DNA from: an uncultured delta proteobacterium
GTDB lineage: Bacteria; Desulfobacterota; Binatia; UBA9968
Length of the DNA: 64,000 nucleotides
Reading direction: 5' to 3'
NCBI GenBank assembly: GCA_963755715.1
Contig: CAVWLW010000056.1
Location: forward strand, 32,001 to 96,000
Part shown: piece after piece, positions 1-10,070 of the stretch
How the letters are laid out: every line of letters begins with the position of its first letter
How positions within the stretch are numbered: the first letter of the stretch is position 1
Notes under the pieces: generated by a model
Told to the model about the DNA's origin: nothing
Databases searched by the model: none
The model's input: only the letters and a program-made list of their open reading frames with translations
Program-made: the position numbers and the translations under genes

Positions 1-407
1 ACGCCGAGTTTAGCGACCCAATCGATCATCGGAATCGTTAACATCGCTTGAGCGTTTGCAGCCTTCGCATTTGTAATAAACGTATCCCCACGCTCGCCGG
101 CGACGGCGCTTGGCTCCGGAATGCTTTCGAAATACCAATCGTTGGCCCGATTATCGGCGTTCAACTGCCAGTTATAGCGCGTGGTGTTGTTGCCGCCGTT
201 ACGGTTGAGCGGGCTGTTCAGATCGTTCAATTGCGCTGTCGTCGCGTGCGCTACTCCATAAATGTTTGGATTGATCGCGCGGCGGCTCGCGTTGGCATCG
301 ACGGTGATTGTTACGGCAGCATTTTGCGCGCTGAGCGAAAAGGGAAAGAAAAACAGAGAGAGAACGAGTAGCAGACAAAAAGACCTGACGATGTTCCTAA
401 CATGCAT
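1..407 (-). CDS. Secreted glycoside hydrolase family 44-like endoglucanase (5' part; runs off the window)
   Basis: Hand translation (not in ORF track): MHVRNIVRSFCLLLVLSLFFFPFSLSAQNAAVTITVDANASRRAINPNIYGV...NRNGGNNTTRYNWQLNADNRANDWYFESI...AMLTIPMIDWVAKLG. Signal peptide plus GH44-like GGN.TTRYNW...DWYF motif; GGAG upstream. Confidence 0.75.
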   Translation of the reverse strand, partial: MHVRNIVRSFCLLLVLSLFFFPFSLSAQNAAVTITVDANASRRAINPNIYGVAHATTAQLNDLNSPLNRNGGNNTTRYNWQLNADNRANDWYFESIPEPSAVAGERGDTFITNAKAANAQAMLTIPMIDWVAKLG

Positions 408-451
408 GGCATCCACTCCGTGACCCGGTGAAATCGAACGGCGGGATGAGG

Positions 452-467
452 AGCACGATCTATGCCG
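452..467 (-). promoter_or_regulatory. Putative sigma54 -24/-12 promoter for the GH44-like gene
   Basis: Minus strand CGGCATAGATCGTGCT, with GG and GC at canonical spacing. Confidence 0.4.
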
Positions 468-507
468 CGCTAACAGCGCATGGTCGCCGCGAATTTTGTA
501 AGAATTT

Positions 508-2658
508 TTGTCAGGCCGAAGCTCAATAATCGTCAAACATGACGTCGCAATTGCGGCCGAGATGACAATGCTCGGCCGTGTTGACGGCGTGCCTGGTTTT
601 TGGATATTTTCGTCAACATCGTGGCACAGCAGACGTGCATGGAGAATTCCTGCGACTGCTGATGACAAAAGGAGAATTGTGGCCAAACTTCATCAAGCGC
701 ATGGGTTCGATGCCTCCATGGTTTCGTCGTCGATCGAGCGACAGATGGTTTATTGCCAGGCCCCCGAAGTGGCACGACTCCTCGAGGGAGACGGCTTATT
801 TTGGCAGATCGCGCCGCTCGCTGAAGATTTCGCCAAGGAGATCAATGGCCCGACGGTTATCGTCGGCTCCGATCCAGGAATTTTCTCCAGCCCTGTGCGC
901 GTAGCCATCGGGCTGGATCAAGCAAGACTCATTTACATTTCGGAAGAGGTGGCAATGCTGCCGCCTCGCGCGAATGACGTGCCGATCTTCGGTATTCTCT
1001 CTCGAACAGTGGGCGCGGAAACGCTTCGGAGTATGGTCGCCGCGGCGTTCGACAATCTTTCGCGCAGCCGTCGCCAAGCGAAACTCGAACAAGACCTTCG
1101 CCGCGCCAAGGGCGAGATCGATCAGTTGAACGAGATCGGCATCGCACTGTCAACGCAACGCGACCGCGAATCATTGCTCAACCTGATTTTGCAAAAAAGT
1201 TGCGACATTACCGATAGCGACGCGGGGTCGCTTTACTTGGTCGAGGAAAATGATCAGGGCACCAAGCAGCTGCGCTTCAAGACAACGCAAAACAACAGCA
1301 TGAGACTGTATCTTGGCGAATCTCTCCTGCCTTTGGATCGCACGAGTCTGGCGGGCTACGTAGCGTCGACCGGCGACGAAGTTCATCTCCCGGACGTTTA
1401 CCAGATCCCGTCGTCTTATCCCTTTACCTTCAATCGCAAGTTCGACGAGGAGAGCGGTTATCGCTCGAAGTCGATGCTCGTCGTGCCCATGAAAGATCCG
1501 CGCGGCGAGATCCTCGGCGTCATTCAGCTCATCAACTGCAAGCGTGACCCCGGCGCCGGGCGCCGACCAGCGACCGAGGCAAACGTGGTTCCTTTCCCTG
1601 AAGAATGCCGCGCGCTGCTCAGATCTTTGGCGAGTCAGGCAGCCGTCGCGCTCGAAAACATTCGGCTCTATCAAAGCATCGAAACGTTATTCGAAGGTTT
1701 CGTCCGAGCGTCGGTGAGCGCCATTGAAGCGCGCGATCCGACAACCTCCGGCCATTCCTTCCGGGTCGCCGATTTGACGGTGGCATTGGCGGAAGTCGTG
1801 GACCGCGCCGCATCGCACCGGTTTCGCGACATTCGTTTTAGCCACGCAGAGATGAAGGAAATTCGCTACGCTTCGCTGCTGCACGACTTCGGCAAGGTCG
1901 GTGTGCGCGAAGAGGTCCTGGTCAAGGCAAAAAAACTCTATCCTATGCAACTCGATATCGTGAAGGAGCGCTTCGCCTACGCGCGCAAGAGCCTGGAGCA
2001 TGAGCAGAGCGAGCGAAAACTCGCCTATCTTTTGGAAAAAGGCCGCGAAGCATTTCTCCAGCGCAGCGCGGCATTCGAGCGCGAGCTTGAAGAACAGGTG
2101 CACGAGCTCGACGAGTTTCTTAAATTCATCGTGAAATGCAACGAGCCGACGATTTTGCGCGAGGACAATTTCGCTCGATTGGGTGAGTTTGCTGCCCACC
2201 AGTTCGTCGATTCGGCGGGGCGGCGCCGCCCTTTGCTTTCGGCGCAGGAGCTGCGATTGCTGTCGATTTCACGGGGTAATTTGGACGATCAGGAGCGATC
2301 GCAAATCGAGTCCCATGTGAGTCACACGTTGAACTTTTTACGCCAGATTCCCTGGACCAAGGAGATCAAAAACATTCCCGCGATTGCGTCAGCGCATCAC
2401 GAAAAGCTCGATGGCACCGGCTATCCGAATAATTTATTCGCGCCGGAGATTCCGATTCAAGCCAAGATGATGACGATCTCGGATATCTATGATGCGCTGT
2501 CCGCAACCGACCGGCCGTACAAGAAAGCGGTGCCGGCGGAGCTGGCGCTCGATATTCTTTTTGACGAAGCCAAACGTGGGTTGGTCGACGCCGAGCTCTT
2601 GAATCTGTTCCAAGAAGCGGAGGTTTTCCGATTGACATCATCGTCCACCACCACCTGA
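508..2658 (+). CDS. GAF + HD-GYP cyclic-di-nucleotide phosphodiesterase (true start probably downstream, near 718)
   Basis: GAF (FNRKFDEESGYRSKSMLVVPM...GVIQLIN), EARDPTTSGHS, LLHDFGKVG, HHEKLDGTGYP, DIYDAL..DRPYKK. Confidence 0.9.
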   Translation: MSGRSSIIVKHDVAIAAEMTMLGRVDGVPGFWIFSSTSWHSRRAWRIPATADDKRRIVAKLHQAHGFDASMVSSSIERQMVYCQAPEVARLLEGDGLFWQIAPLAEDFAKEINGPTVIVGSDPGIFSSPVRVAIGLDQARLIYISEEVAMLPPRANDVPIFGILSRTVGAETLRSMVAAAFDNLSRSRRQAKLEQDLRRAKGEIDQLNEIGIALSTQRDRESLLNLILQKSCDITDSDAGSLYLVEENDQGTKQLRFKTTQNNSMRLYLGESLLPLDRTSLAGYVASTGDEVHLPDVYQIPSSYPFTFNRKFDEESGYRSKSMLVVPMKDPRGEILGVIQLINCKRDPGAGRRPATEANVVPFPEECRALLRSLASQAAVALENIRLYQSIETLFEGFVRASVSAIEARDPTTSGHSFRVADLTVALAEVVDRAASHRFRDIRFSHAEMKEIRYASLLHDFGKVGVREEVLVKAKKLYPMQLDIVKERFAYARKSLEHEQSERKLAYLLEKGREAFLQRSAAFERELEEQVHELDEFLKFIVKCNEPTILREDNFARLGEFAAHQFVDSAGRRRPLLSAQELRLLSISRGNLDDQERSQIESHVSHTLNFLRQIPWTKEIKNIPAIASAHHEKLDGTGYPNNLFAPEIPIQAKMMTISDIYDALSATDRPYKKAVPAELALDILFDEAKRGLVDAELLNLFQEAEVFRLTSSSTTT

Positions 2659-2805
2659 TCGGCGGAGCTCAAAGTGCGCCTCGGAGCGGCGAACCGACCG
2701 CAGAGAATGAAATTAGCAAAACTCGATGGCAGACCATGTGAAATCGGCATGGACGGACGATGGCGCAGAATAATGCCGTCGTAAGAACCCAGCACTGCTG
2801 CGATT

Positions 2806-3853
2806 TCACTTTGAATACATTTGCCGGATAAAGCCCGACGCTTGCACTTCCTGGACAAAACTTAGGTCGACAAACTCTTTTGGATTCACCTTGGCGGCTT
2901 CAGGTCGAGTCGCGGACAGATAATCAAGATATGTCTTAACACCTTCAGGCGATGGTGTCGGTGTTTCGGGCAATAATTTCGCGAAAGCCTGATGAGTCCG
3001 TTCGAGGCTGTCGGGATTCGTGATTCGGGTGAACTTGCTGATGATCTTCATGGTGGAATCTTTGTCCGTTTTAAAGATGTGAATGGCTTCCGACCAACGC
3101 GCGTACAAACTTGGTCATCAACGAGGCCTTCGACCGGATCGTGGCCTCTCGCGTGAGGGCGGCGTTCCAGTGAAACGGGATATTTAACGCACTGATGTCG
3201 ACGAGAGACTTGAAGCCGAGTTTCTCCGCCTCGCGAACGAAGGGTTCGACCAAGATGCTGAATTGCACGACTCCTTTTGAAAGCGCAGCGAGCGCGTCGG
3301 CCGTCGCTCCCACGGGCACAAGTTTGACATCGGTGTTGGGATCGATGCCCAGCCGGCTCAGCCCGAGGCGCATGCCGATTTCCGTCGTGGTCCCGGCGCG
3401 CCCGACTCCGCCGATTTTGCCTCTGAGCTGTTTTATGTCCGTGATGCTCTTTGGCGTGACGATGTGCGCGGGAAACGTCGGCACGATCGAGGCGATCATG
3501 ACCACGTCGGCGCCGGTCAAACGCGAATTCACCAGCGTGGTTACCGATGTAACGATTACATCGAGCTCGCCTGCGATCATTGCCTGCAGCGCCATCGGGC
3601 TGGCGTTGACGGAAATGAATTCTGCATTGACGCCTTGCTTTTTCAGCAAGCCTTTCTCTTGAACGATCCAAATGGTGGCGTTGGACGCGCCGCCTGCCCA
3701 GGCCACACGCAGCCGCTCCTGCGCTGTGGCGCGATCGCCAAAAGCCATCGCGCCTAACATTAAGGCGAGAGCGAGGATAAACTTACTTGATGCAAAATTC
3801 ATCGATGCATTTTGGCGTAGGTACGAGTTTCGTGCGGGATTCGTCCGTGTCAC
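2806..3853 (-). CDS. ABC substrate-binding protein, NitT/TauT (SsuA/NMT1-like); frameshift near 3085
   Basis: ORFs 3071..3853 and 2806..3108 join into one SBP with a signal peptide and a C-terminal FVDLSFVQEV..SGFI motif. Confidence 0.8.
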
Positions 3854-4869
3854 TTTTCGTAAAGCTTTTTAATAAATCCCGTTTTGTCGAGCTCTTCGAC
3901 AAAGCTTCGGTCGACATACTCCTCGGGCTTGTGCTCCATCACTTCGGGCCGAGTCGCGGAGACGTACTCGAAGCTGGTCTTCATGCCGGCCGTGTTCGGA
4001 TAGGGCGCGGGCAGAAACGCTTTCGCGAAAAGATCGTAGGATTCGTTGGCCAGTTCTTCATTGTCCAAGCGCAGCGTCTTCTTGATCACTTTCTTGCCGA
4101 ACTCGCGGTCGCGCTTGAATAGCGCCGTCGCTTCCAAATGGGCCTTCATGTAATTCATCACCAGCTCGCGGTCTTTCTGGATGATCGAGCGCCGAGTGGT
4201 GATCTCGATCCACGGATAGTCGATCTCCTTTGCCGAGTTCCAGAGCATCGGAAAACCCATTTTCATGGCGATGCCGTAGCCGGGAAACGACAGCGACGCC
4301 GCGTCGATGGAGCCTTGCTTGAGCGCGCCGATGCGCTCCGGGTCGCCGCCGATCTGGATGAGCGCGACGTCGCGCTGAGGGTTGAGGCCTTTCTTGCGCA
4401 GATGAAATTGGACGAGAAAATCGGTGAGCGAGCCGAAGGTGGTGACGCCGATCTTTTTGCCCTTGAGATCTTCGACCCTTTTGATCTCCGGCTTGACGAT
4501 CATAGCGTGGACGACGCCCGGCAAAGTGTGGCCGAGGATCACGAGATCGGCGCCGGAAAGGCCGGCATTGATCACCGTCGGAGTCGCGATCGGCGAGAAT
4601 TGGATGCTGCCGCCGATCATCGCCTTGGACGACTCGCCCGAACCGCGCATGGCGACCGGGTCGGCGTAGAGCCCGTATTTTTCGTAGAGCTTGGCTTCTT
4701 TGGCGACGAAGATGATGATGTTGCCCATGCTGACGGAGGAAACGCCAATGTAAATATGCTTGAGCGGTTTGGACTGTCCGAGAGCGCTCCAGGGCAGAGC
4801 AAGTGACAGTAAAAGTGCAGTAAGCAACCACGCTGAAAAATGAGGAGAAAACCGGCGTGCGTTAACCAT
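3850..4869 (-). CDS. ABC substrate-binding protein, NitT/TauT (SsuA/NMT1-like)
   Basis: Signal peptide, EDLKGKKIGVTTFGSLTD, C-terminal YVDRSFVEELDKTGFI. Confidence 0.88.
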   Translation of the reverse strand: MVNARRFSPHFSAWLLTALLLSLALPWSALGQSKPLKHIYIGVSSVSMGNIIIFVAKEAKLYEKYGLYADPVAMRGSGESSKAMIGGSIQFSPIATPTVINAGLSGADLVILGHTLPGVVHAMIVKPEIKRVEDLKGKKIGVTTFGSLTDFLVQFHLRKKGLNPQRDVALIQIGGDPERIGALKQGSIDAASLSFPGYGIAMKMGFPMLWNSAKEIDYPWIEITTRRSIIQKDRELVMNYMKAHLEATALFKRDREFGKKVIKKTLRLDNEELANESYDLFAKAFLPAPYPNTAGMKTSFEYVSATRPEVMEHKPEEYVDRSFVEELDKTGFIKKLYEK

Positions 4870-4925
4870 CTTTCACCTCCCACTTAGGCTGGTCAATCCA
4901 ACGAGGAGAGCGTTGACGAACCGCG

Positions 4926-6088
4926 CTACTTGATCACACTTTCGGCGCGCAGCGCGCTTAGCTCGGTGGTGCCCAATCCCAAAACTCTACCGAGAACTTC
5001 GTCGGTGTGCTGTCCCAGGGCCGGCGAGTCGTCGCGAATGCTCGCCGGCGTTTTCGACATGTGAATCCAGGGCGCGAGCAATTTCGTCGGACCGGCGGTG
5101 GGATGATTGCGGTCGATGAACGCTTTTCGTTCTTTGATATGCGGATCTTCGATCACTTCGCCCATCGACAACACCGGCGCGCCGAAATAGTCGATTTCGC
5201 GCAGCCCGTCCCATAATTCCTGGCGTTTCTTGCCGCGTATCCACGAGCGGATGAGCTCGTACAATTCGGCGCGATGTTGTTTGCGCGCCGGCGCCGTCGC
5301 GAAGCGCGCGTCCTCGAGCAGATCGTCGCGCTCCATGAACTTCGCGAGCTTTACCCAGCCGCGGTCACTGAGATCCGGAATGCGCAGAGTAAAATAACCG
5401 TCGGCCACGGGGACGGGCTTGTTGCCGATCTCGATGCCGATAAAGTGCTCGTGAAATTCGCTGATCATGAAACCGAGCAACGCTTCCTGCATCGACACGA
5501 CGATTCTTTGCCCCTCGCCGGTGCGCTCGCGGGCGTGGAGCGCGGCGAGAATGCCGCACACCATGCTGACGCCGGCGGCCTCGTCGCCGATGCCGATCGC
5601 TTTGGTGCCCGGCGCGCCGCTGTAGTTCCAGCCGGTGTGCGTCCAGCCGGTCATGCTGTTGTTCGTATGCGCCGTGCTGCCGTAGTCCTTGTACGGCCCG
5701 ATTCGCCGAAGCCGCGCGAGCAAGAATAGATGATGCGCGGATTGATTTTCTTCAGGTCGTCGTAGCCGAGGCCGAACTTTTCCATCGTTCCCGTATGATA
5801 ATTTTCCACCACGACATCTGCTTTCGCAATTAGCTGGCGCGCTAAATCGGCCCCTCGCGCATCTTTCAGATTGAGCACCACGCTCTTCTTGTTGGCGTTG
5901 ATCCATAAAAATTCGTAGCCGTCGATCTTACTGTTGGGCGGCATCCACGAGCGGCGAAAACCATCGCCCGCGGGCGGCTCGATTTTTATGATCTCCGCGC
6001 CCATGTGGCCGAGCATCATCGTGCAGAACGGACCGTTCAGCGCGTGAGTAAAGTCGATCACGCGAATGTCTTCCAGTGCGCCGGGCAT
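4926..6088 (-). CDS. Family III CoA-transferase (CaiB/BaiF); frameshift near 5700
   Basis: N-terminal ALEDIRVIDFTHALNGPFCTMMLGHMGAEIIKIEPP...NANKKSVVLNLK; C-terminal SPALGQHTDEVL lies in the second ORF. Confidence 0.88.
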
Positions 6089-6366
6089 GATTACCTCCTC
6101 GATTTAGGAAAGGATGAAGATGAAGGCGGAAAGATGAAGTGAACACGAGAGCTGATTCGGCTTCGTCGATTGTTGATGGCCCCAATCATCGTAGACGACC
6201 GGACCATACCACGAATGGATAAGGAGGCAACAGAAATTCCGCCGGCGCGATTCGCAATTCTTCCCCGCTCGAAAACCTTGACAGCACGGCGGCGCCGGTA
6301 ATAGCGTGCACAACGGTCGCAGCCATTCGGGAAAAAGCCAGGTCGGAGCATGAAAATTCAGGAGGT

Positions 6367-7458
6367 ATGATGGCGATTCAAATTACACGCGTATGGGTTC
6401 TAACGGTCTCGGCAGTCATGCTCTGCCTTCTGGAGAGTTCGTGGATTTCCGCCGCGACTGTCGAGGAGATTGCCTTGATGAAATCAACCAATCGGGAAAA
6501 ACTTCTCGTCGAAGGCGCAAAGAAAGAAGGCAAGGTCGTGTTTTACACGGGCCTGATCGTCGATCAAGTCGTTCGGCCGGTGAAGGCCGCCTTCGAAAAA
6601 GAGTATCCGTTTGTTCAAGTGGATTTTTTCCGCGGCAACGCGGAAAGGTTGGCGCAAAAGATGCTGGCTGAGTATCAGGCGAAAAGATACGACGTCGACA
6701 TAGTCAGCGGCAGCGCCACGTCGACGATCGTGCAGCGCGCGGGCTTCATGCAGCGCTTCTACTCGCCGCATCTGGCCGAGTATCCGGCGGAGCTGAAAGA
6801 TCCCAAGGGATTTTGGGGCAGCACCAACGTTTATTTCATGACCCTCGGATACAACACACGCAGCGTTAAAGCGGCCGACTTGCCGAAGAGCTACGAAGAT
6901 CTGCTCAACCCGCGCTGGAAAGGCCAGATGATGTGGGCGACCAGCCGCGGCTCCGGCGCGCCGCAGTTCATCGGCAACATTTTTGTGACGATGGGGCAGG
7001 AAGCGGGTAAGGCGTATCTGCAAAAATTGAAGCAACAAAACATCGCCAAAAGCACCGCCAGCGCGCGCCAGATTCTCGACATGGTGATCGCCGGCGAGTA
7101 TCCGATGGCGATCCAGATTTTTAATCACCATGCCTACATCAGCAAGACGGCCGGCGCGCCGGTCGATTGGCAGCCGCTGGAGCCGGTCACGGCGACCAAC
7201 AATACCATCGGCGTCGCCAAGAACGCGCCACATCCTTACGCGACGATGCTGTTTATCGACTTTGTGCTGTCGCGACAGGGCCAGAAAGTTTTTCAAGCGT
7301 CCAATTATCTGCCGGCCCATCCGGACGTGCCTGCCTTGCAGGCTGATCTCAAACCGGGCGGCGGCCGCTTCAAAAAAGTGAACTATCTGAGCCCGGACCT
7401 GATCTATGACAAGAGCAACGAGTGGGGCGACTATTTCGACAAAGAGTTTCTCCGGTAA
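6367..7458 (+). CDS. Extracellular solute-binding protein (Fe3+/thiamine-type ABC family)
   Basis: Signal peptide, GAKKEGKVVFY, PKSYEDLLNPRWKG, KNAPHP.A.MLFIDF; AGGAGG RBS. Confidence 0.88.
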   Translation: MMAIQITRVWVLTVSAVMLCLLESSWISAATVEEIALMKSTNREKLLVEGAKKEGKVVFYTGLIVDQVVRPVKAAFEKEYPFVQVDFFRGNAERLAQKMLAEYQAKRYDVDIVSGSATSTIVQRAGFMQRFYSPHLAEYPAELKDPKGFWGSTNVYFMTLGYNTRSVKAADLPKSYEDLLNPRWKGQMMWATSRGSGAPQFIGNIFVTMGQEAGKAYLQKLKQQNIAKSTASARQILDMVIAGEYPMAIQIFNHHAYISKTAGAPVDWQPLEPVTATNNTIGVAKNAPHPYATMLFIDFVLSRQGQKVFQASNYLPAHPDVPALQADLKPGGGRFKKVNYLSPDLIYDKSNEWGDYFDKEFLR

Positions 7459-7579
7459 CTTAAATTCTCTGGAAACTCGTTGTGGTATGAACCCTCCGGT
7501 AGTGGCATACTAGGGAAACAATCCGTTGTATGGTGCGCCTGGTAATTCGGTAGTTCGAGATTGGATGAGGGTAGCAACC

Positions 7580-7779
7580 ATGTCGAAGGTAGAAAAGCTC
7601 AAGATTGAAATCGAAACACTTCCTAAAGAAGAGTTCGCTGAACTCATCCGCTGGTTGTCAGAGAAAGATTGGGACACCTGGGATAGGGAGATCGAAGCCA
7701 TTCTCAGGCCGGCAATCTGGATTTCCTAGTACGCGAAGCGCATGACGCTAAAACGAAAAAAACTCTCAAGAACCTGTGA
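7580..7779 (+). CDS. Putative antitoxin of a type II TA pair (1-nt frameshift near 7699)
   Basis: MSKVEKLKIEIETLPKEEFAELIRWLSEKDWDTWDREIEA/DSQAGNLDFLVREAHDAKTKKTLKNL* after restoring one base; GTGA overlap with the next gene. Confidence 0.65.
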
Positions 7780-8038
7780 GGCACCGCACAACCTCTCGAT
7801 TCTGGTCATGCTTTGGAATATTACCGGATGCGGTCCAGGCAGTGGCTCGGCGAAATTTCAATCTCCTCAAACAAAATCCTGCACACCCATCTCTCCATTT
7901 CAAAAAGGTTGGCAAACTTTGGTCCATAAGGGCAGGGCCGCATCATCGAGGTTAGCTACCGAAGATGGCCCAGATTTCATCTGGGTCTGGATCGGGTCGG
8001 ACGATGAGTACGAGCGTCTCATCAAGCAGCAGGGATAG
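7776..8038 (+). CDS. RelE/ParE-like toxin (1-nt frameshift near 7950)
   Basis: VRHRTTSRFWSCFGILPDAVQAVARRNFNLLKQNPAHPSLHFKKVGKLWSIRAGPHHR/LATEDGPDFIWVWIGSDDEYERLI. The HPSL.FKK...W.WIG..EY pattern is typical of ParE-like toxins. Confidence 0.72.
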
Positions 8039-8055
8039 AACTTTTCATCGGGCTA

Positions 8056-8334
8056 TTGGAGCCGGTGACCGCGACAAACAATTCCATCGGCCTCGCCAAA
8101 AATGCGCCGCACCCCAATGCCGCGATGCTTTTTTTAGATTTCGTGTTGTCCAAAAAAGGCCAGAGGGTTTTTCAAGCTGTAAACTACCTCCCCGCGCATC
8201 CTGAAGTTGCCGCGCTGCAGGCGGACTTGAAGCCCGGTATACGATTCAAAAAGGCCAACTATTTGAGTCCGGACGTTCTGTTGGACAAAGGGAATGAGTG
8301 GTCGGATTATTTTGATAAGGAATTTCTCCGGTGA
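8056..8334 (+). pseudogene. 3' fragment of a solute-binding protein gene, paralogous to the C-terminus of 6367..7458
   Basis: About 79% aa identity (19 differences in 92 aligned positions, counted by hand) to the last 92 aa of 6367..7458; no 5' part and no RBS. Confidence 0.85.
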
Positions 8335-8425
8335 GCGGCGTTAAATGACGGAGAAAGTATCGTTGTCGTGATTTTTAAAATTCCGTTTACACAGGCGGTA
8401 GGTTGATAGTTTGGGATCGACGTCC

Positions 8426-9085
8426 ATGATTCTCAAAGCGGACGCAGCGTGGCGATTCATAACGGGGTACAAGAAACTCCTCTTTGAGATCGACGGCGAA
8501 AGTAGGAGCGCCAAGGATGGTATTGTCCCGAAGCTGGCCGAAGCCAGAGCGAAATTGATGGAACAGCCCGCCTTGCTTCAGGAGGCGCAAGCCCGCTTAG
8601 TGGCCAGGTCAGAGTCAATTGATCCTGAAGTGCTCCAGGCTGTGGAGGGCTTGGAAGTGAGAGACTGGGTGTATCTGAAGGATACGAAAGTTTATTCGAT
8701 CTTCATGGATGCTGAAGCCAAGCGAGCGTTCGGTGTGCTAGGGCTGACCGATCGTCTGCGCGATATCGTTGGCGGTTCGGGGATTGTGCTTGAAACCGGT
8801 CTTGTACGCTATCGAGGACGCTTTGTTTGTGACGGTCTGATGTACAAAAAACTGTGGCTTGGGCCGGGCTACAAAAAGAGTTTTCACGCTGCTTTTTCGG
8901 AAATGAAAGCAGCGGGGCGATTTTATGTTGCGTGCGATGCCGACAGGGTGTCGCGTACTCTTCGATTGAGCGTGCCCGCGGACGCTTGCACTGCTTCGAG
9001 AATCCGGAAGCGTGTCGTAGTGGGAACGGTAAGCGACAACTTGAGGAAGGGCTGGCGGCCTGATGAAGGATCAGTATTTTGGTGA
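8426..9085 (+). CDS. Hypothetical protein (cassette-like; C-terminal ~45 aa may be read-through)
   Basis: Protein-like ORF MILKADAAWRFITGYKKLL...RFVCDGL...WLGPGYKKSF; no family recognised. Confidence 0.6.
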   Translation: MILKADAAWRFITGYKKLLFEIDGESRSAKDGIVPKLAEARAKLMEQPALLQEAQARLVARSESIDPEVLQAVEGLEVRDWVYLKDTKVYSIFMDAEAKRAFGVLGLTDRLRDIVGGSGIVLETGLVRYRGRFVCDGLMYKKLWLGPGYKKSFHAAFSEMKAAGRFYVACDADRVSRTLRLSVPADACTASRIRKRVVVGTVSDNLRKGWRPDEGSVFW

Positions 9086-10070
9086 CATTAACGACTTCCG
9101 CAAGTATGGCTTGCTTCGCTTGCTGTGCGTTTCTGATCGCCTCCGATTGGGTGTTTGCTGGATGCTGACGGATACTGACAGCAGAACGGACGGGAAGTTT
9201 CTTAACTATCTTCATCAGCCGAAGAAATACCGGCATCGCGATCCTGAGCTATTCGATTGGCTGCAAAACGTGGTCGGGGTGGAACAAGATCGTCGCACGG
9301 CGCGAATCGAAGCCTCCATCCTCCTCGGTTCAGTGTTATTCGAGTCTGGGATTTTGGCGGATCACAAAGATAAACGGAGCGCCTATTTCTCTAAGTGTGC
9401 CACTTGTTTCGCTGGTTGTGACTTGGTCTTCTTCGATCCAGACAACGGCTTAGAGATCAAGTCAACTCATCTAGGACACAAGGACTCCAGTAAATTCCTA
9501 TATTGGAATGAGGTGTGCGGCACCTTTGAAGCGGGGTCATCGGTGCTGATTTACCAGCACTTCATTCGTGAAGAGCGAGACGGGTTCATTGCTAGAATGG
9601 CTTCCGAGTTGCAGCGCCGAACGAAGGCAGCTGCCGTTTTCTCATTCAGGACGCCACACGTTTTGTTCGTATTAGCGTCGCAAGAGAGACATGCTGCTGG
9701 CTTCCGGAAGAAACTCGGCGTTATTAAGTCGTTCTGGGCGCCAGAAGGAGATTGTCGCCCTGGAGCATGCGTCGCCGAACCATGCGCTGCATCTGACCGG
9801 GGTCGCCATTCCGATTTCGCAGAATTCTTAGCCGCTCAGGCGGCACCGGCATGTGGGTTTGGTGGTTACGACAATGGCACAGACGGATCCAACTGCTTCG
9901 AGAAAAAGCTTCTCTGGTCCATTACCCCTCTTTCTACAATCCATAAAACGTCTTCGCATTGTCGTAGAGAATCTTCTGCACGGCGGACTGTGCGTAATCT
10001 CGCCTTGTCCGCGCGTTCTTTGAGCAAGCGCGGAAATTCGTATTCCATCGATGAATCGCGGTGGGTGTAG
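9063..10070 (+). CDS. Conserved-looking hypothetical protein (real end probably near 9750-9800)
   Basis: MKDQYFGDINDFRKYGLLR...DLVFFDPDNGLE...SVLIYQH. The tail runs through the attC-like site and antisense to the amidohydrolase. Confidence 0.65.
   Translation: MKDQYFGDINDFRKYGLLRLLCVSDRLRLGVCWMLTDTDSRTDGKFLNYLHQPKKYRHRDPELFDWLQNVVGVEQDRRTARIEASILLGSVLFESGILADHKDKRSAYFSKCATCFAGCDLVFFDPDNGLEIKSTHLGHKDSSKFLYWNEVCGTFEAGSSVLIYQHFIREERDGFIARMASELQRRTKAAAVFSFRTPHVLFVLASQERHAAGFRKKLGVIKSFWAPEGDCRPGACVAEPCAASDRGRHSDFAEFLAAQAAPACGFGGYDNGTDGSNCFEKKLLWSITPLSTIHKTSSHCRRESSARRTVRNLALSARSLSKRGNSYSIDESRWV
9774..9871 (+). mobile_element. Degenerate integron attC-like recombination site
   Basis: GCCGAAC (R'') CATGC GCTGCATCTG ACCGGGGTCGCC...GGCGGCACCGG CATGTGGGT TTGGTG GTTACGA (R'); 98-bp imperfect palindrome at the 3' end of an orphan ORF. 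Confidence 0.55.
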
